A stretch of DNA of 63,363 bases, filler included, from Octopus bimaculoides (Eukaryota): assembly GCF_001194135.2 (NCBI RefSeq). It is 4 parts of 4 records of this genome, joined end to end, with 100 filler letters (N's around TTAATTAATTAA, not from the genome) between each part and the next. Parts side by side here need not be neighbours in the genome. Positions count along the whole stretch, not along the records: positions 46,370 to 59,037 come from NC_068987.1; 3 more parts are not named here. The stretch is one strand, 5' to 3'. A program made the translations under genes and the position numbers. Below, one piece after another: positions 48,210 to 59,037 of this stretch; positions within the stretch are counted from its first letter, which is position 1, and every line of letters starts with the position of its first letter. The notes beneath the pieces were generated by a model. It was not told where the DNA came from and did not search any database. It saw only the letters and a list, made by a program, of their open reading frames with translations.

Positions 48210-51035
48210 GACTGGTGATTTGATTCGTCACAAAAATGGCGAAACATCAGAGAAAACGTGACCCAAGCACTATATTGCAGCGAACCGGTGAATATATCTG
48301 TATACCGTATGCAAAAATGGTGAAAAGATTTACTCGACCACGATCTCATACAAGTCTATCCAGCAGTATGTTATGTCAAGTACTGTCATTTTCATTGACC
48401 TCGGATTGACCCATACCAAAAACAGTTAATGGTCCAATGCAAACGCGAAGATCTTCTCCTTCCCACATACCTAGGACGGCGTGTGTTGAAAGTTAAAATT
48501 TCAGATGTTTCACCAGAATTAAACATTTGGTGGTTTGTTGCGTGGGCTGCGGTCGAAGGCCTGGATACGCTTCTAGAAATTAAAAAAAGTATCAGAAGGA
48601 GAACTGGTCCGGAATTGGGTTGGAAATATCGATCCAGGTAAAACCGGAATCCATAGATAAGGTCCTTGACCTTATCGAGCTGCCCAACGGAACACAACTC
48701 CAAATCGTGGTGGAAGGCAGAAAGCCAAGGTGCTACACTTCTGGATGTAACGCCCATTTGAAGGTCGACTGCAAACAAAATCTACAAAATGGAGCTCGAT
48801 AAACGGTGGCTCTGCGACCACCACCACTACCACAAGAAGGCCAGAAGCTGCTACAACTATCAATGCAGCAACAGCCATTAAAGCAACATTTTTCTAAAGC
48901 AGAATCCCACCACCACAATGGCATCAACAACTGTAGCGGTGGAAACAAGCAACGACCCACTATCCCTACCGGTGGGTGATATTTATACATCACATACTCC
49001 CAACATGGGCGATTCAGAAGCCTTATCATGCGAAGAAGGAGCTGTGTTGGGGAAGAGCGAAAAGAATAGTTTTAAAAATAGCTGTTCTACGCTGAAAGTG
49101 AAAAGAGAGGACGAGTAAAATTCACCTAATTCAATCAGCTGCACTAACAACACCGAAACACCCACGCAAATTCCAACAACAAAAGCAAGGCACGAAGAGA
49201 AACATTCACAAGAACAACCCATAGAAGTGACTGCAGAACCCGAACGTTTCATCAACTTCACGGTCGTTCGCAAGAGCAACTGTGAGCTGATACAGGAAGT
49301 AAGAGAAAACACAAACATTCACACGAAAGGAGTAGGGTTCGACGAATTTCTGTCGAAAACTCCCTATGACAGACAGCTGGTAAAAACGGACACAAACACT
49401 TATCTAGAACTTTTTCCAGGAAGTAGCTCGGAATTTACCAGGAACCCCCATCCTCGGAACTTTTCAGGAAGTAGTTCATCCTCGGAACTTTCCAGGAAGT
49501 CCCATCCTCGGAAATTTCCAAGAATTAGCTCATCTTCGGAATATTCCAGACAAACACATCGGAACTTTCCAGGAAATCCCTATGTCAGACAGCTGATGAA
49601 AACGGACACAAACACTTATCTAGATATTTTTCCAGGAAGTAGTTCGGAATGTTCCAGGAAATCCAATCCTTGAAACTTTCCAGGAAGTAGCTCATCCTCG
49701 GGACTTTCCAGAAAAAATCGGAACATTCCAGGAAGTAGCTCACCCTCGGAACTTCCCATGAAATAGCTCACCCTTGGAACTTCCAGGAAGCCCCATCCTC
49801 GGAGCTTTCCAGGAAGTCACATCCCCGAGCACATCCTCGAACTTTCCGGGAAGTCCCACACTCGGGACTTTACAGGAAGTAGCTAATCCTCGGAACTTTC
49901 CAGGAAATCCCATTCTCGGATCTTTCCGGAAGTCCCATACTGGGAATTTTCCATGATGTCCCATCCTTGGAACTTTACAGGAATGCCTCGGAACTTTCCA
50001 GAAAGTCACATCCCCGAGCTCATCCTCGAACATTCCAGGAAGTCCCACCCTTGGAACTTTCCAGGAAGTAGCCAATCCTCGGAACTTTCCTTGTAGTCCC
50101 ATTCTCGGAACTTTCCAGGAATTAGCTCATCCTCGGAACTATCCAGGAAGTAGCTCATCCTTGGAACTTTCCAGGAAGTAGCTCATCCTCGCAACTTTCC
50201 ATGAAAACATGGCTCGTCTGCTACGGAGGACTTTCCGGTCGGGAACTCTCATGGATAATTTCCAGTTGTCCGTGATATGGCGGTGCTCCCGGATGCACCA
50301 CCATTTCGAGAATAACTTGACAGTCACGCATACGCTGTAGGACGGACATGTTCGAGTTGCGCGCAGAGTTACGAAACTTTTCTGCACGCCCTCGTTCAGT
50401 GTCCGAGCATTTCTGATTTGTGGGGTAATGTTGAACACCTACTGTCACGTGTGGAACGGATATGTAGTGTTGATTGCACTGCTGACCTCCTTCAATCGGA
50501 CAGGTAAGGCAAATTTCCTTTGCCTGGTGGCTGTAGCAAAAGAGGTTGTTTGGTGGTCAAGGCTGAAAGGTATGAGGACAGATACGTTCATCTTTGCTAG
50601 AGCTCTCACTGACGGTTTCAAGTTTCCCTTGAAAAGGAGATTGAGAGTGGAGTGGGAAGTGCTATCCTGGAGTGAATTTATCAAAGGGTGGGTGAAAGTT
50701 GGGAATGGATGGTACCTGTAAGTGTAGACCTGTGAGTCGGAGAGAAGGAATTGGAGAGGGTACATGCTCCTAGGGTTTCAGGGAAATCTCGGACGGTGGG
50801 GTTCCTCGATTATCTCTAGAAGCGTTACTATATCAGGAGGGCCACACCTCTATGATCCCCCAAACTTTTTTCTGTTTTATACCTCTGTATGTTATGCATA
50901 TGTCTCCTCTTTCCCAGTGTGTACCGTATATACTTTCTTGTTATTTACCATTTCATTATTATATGTAAACCTCCACACTTTATGTCTCTCTCTGTATTAT
51001 CCCCCTTCATCTTTCGCTCTCACAGCAAATAAATT
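48210..51035 (+). mobile_element. Tx1-type LINE derivative: ORF1, tandem array, then only the C-terminal end of ORF2
   Basis: ORF1 segment KISDVSPEL..QIVVEGRKPRCYTSGCNAHLKVDC is homologous to 26460-26760. After the array the sequence resumes at CSSCAQSYETFLHALVQCPSISDLW and AVAKEVVWWSRLKG, homologous to 30130-30560. EN and RT are absent. Ends in AAATAAA before an (ATT)(AGT)n tract. Confidence 0.8.
49360..50205 (+). repeat. Minisatellite of mostly alternating 28-bp and 26-bp units with ~190-216-bp higher-order duplications
   Basis: Unit A GGAACTTTCCAGGAAGTAGCTCATCCTC (28), unit B GGAACTTTCCAGGAAGTCCCATCCTC (26). The block CCCTATG.CAGACAGCTG..GGACACAAACACTTATCTAGA recurs at ~49362 and ~49578. 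Confidence 0.93.
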
Positions 51036-51036
51036 A

Positions 51037-51048
51037 AATTATTATTAT

Positions 51049-51111
<63 letters not shown>

Positions 51112-51125
51112 TAGTAGTAGTAGTG

Positions 51126-51172
<47 letters not shown>

Positions 51173-51227
51173 AGTGGTAGTAGTAGTAGTAGTAGTAGTT
51201 GTAGTAGTAGTAGTAGTAGTAGTATTG

Positions 51228-51271
<44 letters not shown>
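51037..51271. repeat. (ATT)n-(AGT)n microsatellite with GGT interruptions
   Basis: Direct inspection; source of the poly-V/Y ORFs. Confidence 0.97.
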
Positions 51272-52626
51272 CTGTGAAAGTTATTTTCGCCACATGTTTT
51301 GTGATCTCTTCAGCGACTTTCTGTCTCTCATGCCTCCTCTTCTCTCTTGTCTTGTCCAGTCCATTCCATTTTGTCTTTCTGTAGTATGTATCTCTGTCTG
51401 CGCATGCGTTTACATCTGCATCCGTGTGTATCGGTATATGTTTAGTATGTATACGTTTGTCTTGTGTATTTGTATACGGATTTGCATATTACATTGTTTG
51501 TATCTGTCTTTTATTCATTTTGCAACTCATTATATTATATATGTATATGAGCGCCTCCGGGGTGGAGAGGTTGAAACATTTTCCTGAAACCATATTTGTT
51601 TATCTATGGTCACGAGCGATGAAATAATCAGCACGACATTGAACAAAATTGTCTTTTGATATCTGGTTTTGCTGTTTCCTACTGAGCACTTCCTAGGTTT
51701 TCAACCCATCGTTGAATTAATATCATTGAGTGGACGACTTCTTCAAATGCATACCCTTTAATGTGTTCCTGCGTATTGTTTTAACTCAATATTTTTAATT
51801 TCTGTTGCTAGCTTTGGAATTGAAACTGAGTAATGAGAATTTTAACGCATTTTTCCAGAAAAAAAGTGTCTCTTTATAATGTACAAATTTGAGTAAAATG
51901 TTTTACCATGTAGTGCTATTATTTACTGCACGGTATTTTTGTGCGAAATTACAGTAATTGGAAGCTTAAACAAATTTAAATTATATTCACTTTTGTAAAA
52001 ACTGCTTGTTTTCACTTCGTGAATCACCGCTGTTATATTCTACAGGTGCTGCATAAAACACTATACAAGGCTCTTAGAATTCTGTCGAACATGTTTCTGT
52101 TTATGAATTATTCTGCAGACAATATTGGTTTGTTATGTAGACCTACGATGTTAAAAAAAAAACAAACGTTGTCACAGAATGAAAAATGTGATTGAGTACG
52201 GAATGTTACTTTCCGCCATTACAGAGCATATGTAGAACAAAATAATCTACAGGTTGCTAAAGTGCAATTTTGTGAGGTATGTCATATTTGGAGTTTATGC
52301 TTGAACATCTACTTTACTTTGCAAGACATAGCGTTGACATCAATTGTTTTCATTAAAGCATGTGTCAATTTGGATTGTCAGTCATTCCTATTATAGATTA
52401 TTGCTTTGTTAATACTTAGTACCTTTATGAATACTTTAGCTATTTTTTTTAAATGATAATCTTATCTGTAGAAAGCTACCTCTGCATAATTTTATAGCGA
52501 AATGTTATGTTTGTCTTTGGATTGCATTTGCAAGCGTCTTGATGTAAAGTCGTATGCTGAAATTGTTTTGTTTTTTTGCATTTTAAGAGTAATAAACACA
52601 CGCAGTGGTACTATTCAAATTTGTAT

Positions 52627-52694
52627 TACTACTACCACTACTACTACTACTGTTGCTGCTGCTGCTGCTACTACTACTACTACTACTACTACTG

Positions 52695-52767
<73 letters not shown>

Positions 52768-52788
52768 TAATAATAATGATAATAATAA
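52627..52788. repeat. Compound (ACT)n-(GCT)n-(ACT)n-(AAT)n microsatellite
   Basis: Direct inspection. Confidence 0.95.
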
Positions 52789-53473
52789 GTTTCGGTATGT
52801 CTTGGGCTGACACCAAACGAATACAAAAATCGCTACGACAGGGTAGGTAAGTATTTACATTGGAAAATATGTAAACACTTTAAAATCAGTACTCCTGCTT
52901 ACTGGTATGAACATCATCCTGAGCCAGTCGTTGGAGGTAAAAATGTCACTATCCTCTGGGATTTTCCAGTCAGCACCGACAGAACGATCCAGGCATAATC
53001 ATTAAAGACAGAGAAGAAAATACTTGTAGACTAATAGATGTAAGTGTTTTCGTTGACAAAAAATATATCTGTAAAGGAATTTGACAAATTAAATAAATAT
53101 AAGGACCTGGATATTGAAATACAAAAGATGTGGCATCTTAAACCGAGAACTGTTCCTACTATTTTGGGAGCCCTATGTATGATGTCAGAAAGGGAAGTCA
53201 GAAATATTTAGGTAATATTTAGGTAATATCCCAGGAGAACCACGTCTCAGAGAAATGCAAATTATTGTGCTGACAAGTATTGCCCACATCCTTAGAAAAA
53301 CCTTATCAATTTAAATGTATACCTCGTATGACATAAAGATACTTCGCTACTGCTCCTGCCACTTCCTCACCCCAAGCTTTCTGTTATACAGTAACATCTC
53401 TTATTCTTCACTCCCCCTAGGACGCTGGGTGTGTCTCGGTGAGTGATTGTAACAAACATGCAGATTAAAAGTA
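52789..53473 (+). mobile_element. 5'-truncated R4/Dong-type LINE (restriction-like endonuclease region plus 3' UTR)
   Basis: EYKNRYDRVGKYLHWKICK..ILWDFPVSTDRTIQA..LIDVSV..KYKDLDIEIQKMWHLK..VPTILGAL matches the PD-(D/E)xK RLE domain of R4-clade LINEs; ends in (AAT)n. Confidence 0.8.

Positions 53474-53548
<75 letters not shown>
53474..53548. repeat. (AAT)n microsatellite (tail or target of R4/Dong elements)
   Basis: About 25 perfect units. Confidence 0.97.
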
Positions 53549-53550
<2 letters not shown>

Positions 53551-53742
53551 TAAAGGGAAGGCAAAAATCTTCTGAGACTTTGACTTCCAGACTGACAAGG
53601 CTTTAGAGCACCGAAGCCCAGATACAGTAACGTTTAGTGGGGGCCAAACAAGAGTGTCTAATAATCGACGTAGCAGTGGCGGGAGGTGAATATATTTACA
53701 TGAAAGAAAGTGAAAAGTTTGATAAATATGGAGACCTGTCTA
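53549..53742 (+). mobile_element. Second R4/Dong RLE fragment (diverged subfamily)
   Basis: KAKIF*DFDFQTDKALEHRSPD..CLIIDVAV..EKFDKYGDL. Confidence 0.7.
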
Positions 53743-54899
53743 AGAGTCTAGGAGCCGAACTCACGTCTCTATATCCGTGAACCCAGACTAACCAGTAGAT
53801 CACGCGAAATTGACATTTGACACATAATTTCTCTTCAGTGAATTATATTTTCCTCATTACGATAATTTTATCAAATACATTTCTTTATAAATGCTTTTCC
53901 TATCTTAATTTTAAACTTTGGAATCGAATGGCATGTAGCATTATATAAGTCTTTAAAATTATATCAGAACTTTTCAGGAGTAACGTTAGTATTTGTCCCA
54001 GATGTTTCCAAATACATGCTAAATTTGAAGTTAGTACATATCAATTTCATGATTTTGCGCACTGAAACAGAGTATCAGTGAAACGACTGTAGATATACAA
54101 CGAACAGCTTAGGTTGATATTTGATTATAGACACTATTATCATCAAATAATATTTAAACTGATATGAAAGTGTACGTATAGTTGTCATAATATGACGTAA
54201 ATATTTCAGTCCCAGTACACGATGTCCGATCAAATTGCAAACTAGACTATTGCAACAAAGAGAATTTAATAGATTATACAGAGAGCTGGAACATTGCTGT
54301 AACATTTCAAGCTTGTGACTTAGTGATTCGTATTTATGATTTTGTTGTTATATATGATTTCTATTCTTCTGTCTTCGATGGACTATAATTTTGTCTCTGT
54401 CCCAGGCGTTCAATTAATAGACACGCACACATATAAATATACATATATATATGTGTGTGCGTGTGTGTGTGTGTGTGTGTGTGCGTGTGAGTGTGTGTGT
54501 ATGTGTGTGTGTGTGTATGCACATACATATCCTGACAAGAGAGGTAACTGCCCCATGACCGTCCCAAGGATCAACCAAAATAGGTCTAGTTTCGTCTATA
54601 CTGAAGCTAGCCCTGGTCAGGCTACTCTTCTGAACGGTCATCATGTGGTTACCTTCCCTCCCAACATAATATTCTTTTTGCGCTCTTGCTGCAGCACACA
54701 CACACACTGGAAACAATTTTACCTCTATACACACTCGCAAGTGTGTACACACACACACACACACACACGTGTGTGTGTGCGCGCTTAAAATGAAATTTTT
54801 ATAATGAAAATTCTCTAAAATTTTACAGCCTGACAGCATGGAGTAGAGTTATATGTTTTTGTAAGTGCTTCCGTTCGTCCTTAGCCCACCTGACACATA

Positions 54900-56850
54900 G
54901 TATAAATAAAAGGTTTCTATATTGTTACCGTTAGAGTTATTTGTATGTGATAATGCTTCATATTGTCTGTAGTTTAATGTCTAGAGTCAGCATCTTAAGA
55001 AAATATTCTTCCTTTGCTTTGGCTAATTGCTCAGTTGCTTTTTTTATTTCTACGAAAAGGAAGTATTCTGAGATTCCCACTTTCCTGAGTTGGTCTGCTC
55101 AGTCTGTCTTGGGCCGATATAGTTCTGATTCTATCATGCACATCCAGTACACTAACTCGCTTCGCAAGTTATACAAGCATTATTCACTTTGAATTGTTTT
55201 CAATTGTTAAATTTTAAAATTTGATATTCTTCAACTGAATTACCCTTCAACAAATGCTACTTGCATAACGTGTTCTTCTTTCTTACAGATCTTTTACGAT
55301 TGTCAGTCTGTCTTCAAATTTAATGATTTGTGACTCGTTAATAGCTTTACTTAGATTCAGGAGCTGGCGTTGAAGTTGAAGATATCATGTTGCGAAATCT
55401 AAGGCGTATTAGTTCCTGGAAGATTTTATTTATTTATTTATTTTGTTATCCAGGTAGTATTGTAACTTGTGCTTCGTTTATGTCATAACTTTTTACGTCT
55501 TCCAGGTATTTTTAATTGAATCTCAGACTATTGTACATGCATGTCTTTCCATAATAAGTAGGAAAAATAGTATGGCGGTGTATCCTAATCTTTACCGTAT
55601 AGATTGGTTTTAATAATTTCATTTGCCACAAACTCTCAAATAATGAATGTTCTCATTTATGGAGTTCTATTGTATATATGACTAAGTAATAAATCGATGA
55701 TTAATTCGTTAAATTTTATATGCATTTTTCGAGTAAATATCAGAAAATATAATGGTCATAGTTGAATATTTTTGTATTGTCTTTTAATAGATTTTGAACT
55801 TCTGATATAAATAGGTTTATAAGTCTTCCTTCATCAGTGTAAAAGGACAGCTTTTTTTGCCCATTACACTACCTGTGATGGGCACTACCTGTGATGGGCA
55901 CTACCTGTGATGGGCACTACCTGAGATATCTTCCCTGCATTTTTTATTAATGGTGTTAATTTTCTCACGGAATATGTGTCCAGAATAAACTTACGAGGAC
56001 TCCTATTGAAATACTTTTAATGGTTAATTAGATTCATACATCCTCTTCTATAGCATTATGTGATGCATTTCTAAATGAGGGATTGATCTTTATTGTCATC
56101 ATACATCCGTCATAGAAGTTATTCCTTAAAGCTAGTTTTATTTTACCAAATATTTATGCACCTTTTATATTGTAATTCAATTTTGTAAATTGTAGAGGTC
56201 GTGTTAATGATCCATAGTATGTGTTTCAAGTATCTTTTGCTATAAACATTAAGGTAGTTTTCCTATGTGAGACAACTAGGCGTTGTTCCAGCTCCCTCTG
56301 TATATCATTAAGCAACTCTACCAGCACCGTTATTGTAATACATATTTTCACCTGAAGTGGGGAAAATAACCGTCATTGGTTTCTTTCGTGATGAACCCTT
56401 GGTTACCCTAAATTCATCCTCAAATTTTCTACTTTTCAGTTGCGTTCCAATTTGGAGAAGTTCTTGATAACATTGTTTGGAGATGCAATCGAAATACTGG
56501 TTTCCAAAAAATTGCTGTGGATTTTCATATCGACGTATTATTAGCGATTTAGTGATGAACTATGGTGTCATGCGTTCTCTCGTCCTAGATATTTCATTTT
56601 ATCATTTTATGTTGCTTATATTTTCGCGTTAGACAGTAGGTTTCTATAGTAATTTCCTTCCCTAATTGAGTAAGTTTGCTAATGATTTCTTTAAGATTTG
56701 AAAGATTTCTTTCTTTTTCTATCTCGTCCTCCTGGTTTCTTTTCTGTTATATGTCCTTAGGTTTTGAATTTCGCTTTTTAACTAGGTCTGCCGAAGTACT
56801 CCTTTTACTATTAATATCTACATCATCATTATCAGCATCATTATTATAAT
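54900..56850 (-). mobile_element. Old degenerate Penelope-like element (RT + GIY-YIG remnants)
   Basis: Minus-strand remnants in PLE order: ITGSVMGKK (QxxGTAMG-like), YTIE..LFE, IYGK, CTGC..NYIG. Heavily mutated; boundaries approximate. Confidence 0.4.
55867..55923. repeat. 16-bp tandem repeat CACTACCTGTGATGGG x3.5
   Basis: Perfect units at 55867, 55883 and 55899, partial at 55915. Confidence 0.97.
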
Positions 56851-56873
56851 TATTGCTATTACTACTCCTACTT

Positions 56874-56989
<116 letters not shown>

Positions 56990-56994
56990 CTACT

Positions 56995-57665
56995 GCCATA
57001 GTCGTTAACTCTTCGCAAAAAAATGCTTAGCAGTATTTCCTTTCGCCCCCTTGCGCTCCGAGTTCACATTATATCTGTGTCGATTTTGTCTTTCATTATC
57101 TCGCAGTCCAGAAAATAAGTACCAATTGAACTCTGAGGTCGATGTTATCGTCGCCTCTGATCTGCTGGCATCGTGCTATCATATGAAGAGATTATCATTA
57201 CAGTGGTGAACTAGCAGGATCGTTAGCGCATCGGGAAAAATAATTAGCGAAATTTCATCAGTTGTATTAACTCTGTACTTTAAATCCCGCAGAAATCAAC
57301 TTAACCATTCATTCTTTTGAGAGTTTAGAAAGTAAGTATTAGTTTTGCACTAGGGTCGGTGTAAACGACTTAACCATAGTCTTAAATGTGTTGGCCTTGT
57401 AACAAAACATGAAGAACTTATAATCATCATTTGTACTAGTTCTTCTAAGGCAACCATCTGGCAGATTCCTAAGCACGCTAGTATAAGATACTTAGCAGCA
57501 TTTCTTCTCATTTTACGTTCAGAGTACAAACTCCATCGAAATCAACTTTGTCATTTAATATTTTGGGGTCGATGAAACATGAACCAGTTGAACACTAGGG
57601 TCAGTCTAATCGATTGCCTTCCCTCCCACAAAATTTCAGACCTTGTGATAATAGGAGAAACTATC
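56995..57665 (+). mobile_element. Three head-to-tail diverged family A SINEs
   Basis: Heads at ~56995, ~57200 and ~57450, each with (G/A)CTTAGC(A/G), a GAGT(T/A)CA-like B box and TAAGTA..AG..GGTCG body; separated by short ATC/ATT tails. Confidence 0.75.
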
Positions 57666-58535
57666 AATATTATTGTCACTAATATTTGTTGTAGTAGTAC
57701 CAACAGTAGTAGCAGTAATAGTGGTATTGAGGGTAATGACTATGCTAGTGGTACTAGTCGTATTAACAGGAGCAGAAATATTTTTGTTGCATTGATCACT
57801 AAGATCGATTGTCATATTAATATGTGTGTAGATGGCACTTTAGTGGTAGTTTTTGAATTTATTTCGATTAGTTTTCTCTCTAAATAATTATATTATCGTT
57901 ATTTTAGTTCTTGAAATAAACAACCTGGAACTGTTCTCGCTTTAATGAGAATATTTTCCAAATCTGATTCAATGATTAAAATTATATTTATGTTTCGTGT
58001 TCTGAAGCTAAAGAATTGATAGCGTGTATTTGTAACACATGCATGATTTGTAACACATAGACACACACACAGACAAACACACACAACAGATATATGTGTA
58101 AATTTATTTATATCTATATCTGTTGTGTGGAAATGTATATCTGATTGTTTGTAAGTACGTATGTATGCTTGTCTTTGTGCGCATCTGTATATTTATTGCA
58201 CAATTCACTGACTGCAGTCATGAGAGAAGTTTCACAAATAAAAAAAGAGATCATTAGAATCTATGTGATTTTCATTAGGTAAAGCTTTATATGTATTCTC
58301 ATGAGCAATTAGTCAGATTTTAATTTTACGCTGAAATTATAACAACGGTCGATTTATCTAGGCACAGAGCTTCCATTAAAAATACATTTCCCTTGTTTAT
58401 GTACAAACACACAAAATACCTGGCACCCACCCATACGTGTTAGAAATAAATATGCAGTAATACGCTCGATCACACAATGTTAAACGATTACATACAAATA
58501 GTGACACACACATGTATTAAATATTTACAAAATTA

Positions 58536-58608
<73 letters not shown>

Positions 58609-58938
58609 ATATATACATTTGTATATATGAATTTATCTACCTGTCTATCTCTACCTATCTATCTATCTCTCCCTTCCTCTCTCTCTTGCTTTATCTCTCT
58701 CTCTCTCTATCTCTCTCTCTCTCACTCTCTCTCTCTCTACACACACACACATGCATATGTATGTATTTATAATTTTGTTTATTAGGAATGTGTATTCATA
58801 CGCATTTCATGAAGTCACACAAGCGCACACATGAAAAGCATTCACTTATCTATCACATATTTACCCCTTTTTGTGATAGTGTGTGCGTAATTATTTATTG
58901 ACACAATGTATCTATGTATATATAATGTGAATATGAAC

Positions 58939-58980
<42 letters not shown>

Positions 58981-59037
58981 GGGAGAATATACCAAAAATA
59001 ACAACAGACGAGGACAGGTGGTGTAAATAACAAAAGT
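58981..59037 (-). mobile_element. PLE pLTR terminal fragment abutting (TA)n
   Basis: CAACAGACGAGGACAGGTGGTGTAAATAACAAAAG matches 45128-45160. Confidence 0.75.

Noticed and set aside
49360-50205. CRISPR-like appearance (~28-bp partially palindromic repeats)
   Set aside because: Units are contiguous with no unique spacers, there are no cas genes, and the array lies inside a eukaryotic LINE; it is a minisatellite.
49410-50205. Heat-shock element array (nGAAnnTTCn)
   Set aside because: GGAACTTTCC gives only two correctly phased pentamers; the third GAA is off by one base, so canonical three-unit HSEs are not formed.
51048-53598. Poly-V, poly-Y, poly-N, poly-I and poly-L ORFs
   Set aside because: Trinucleotide microsatellites read in frame; no coding evidence.
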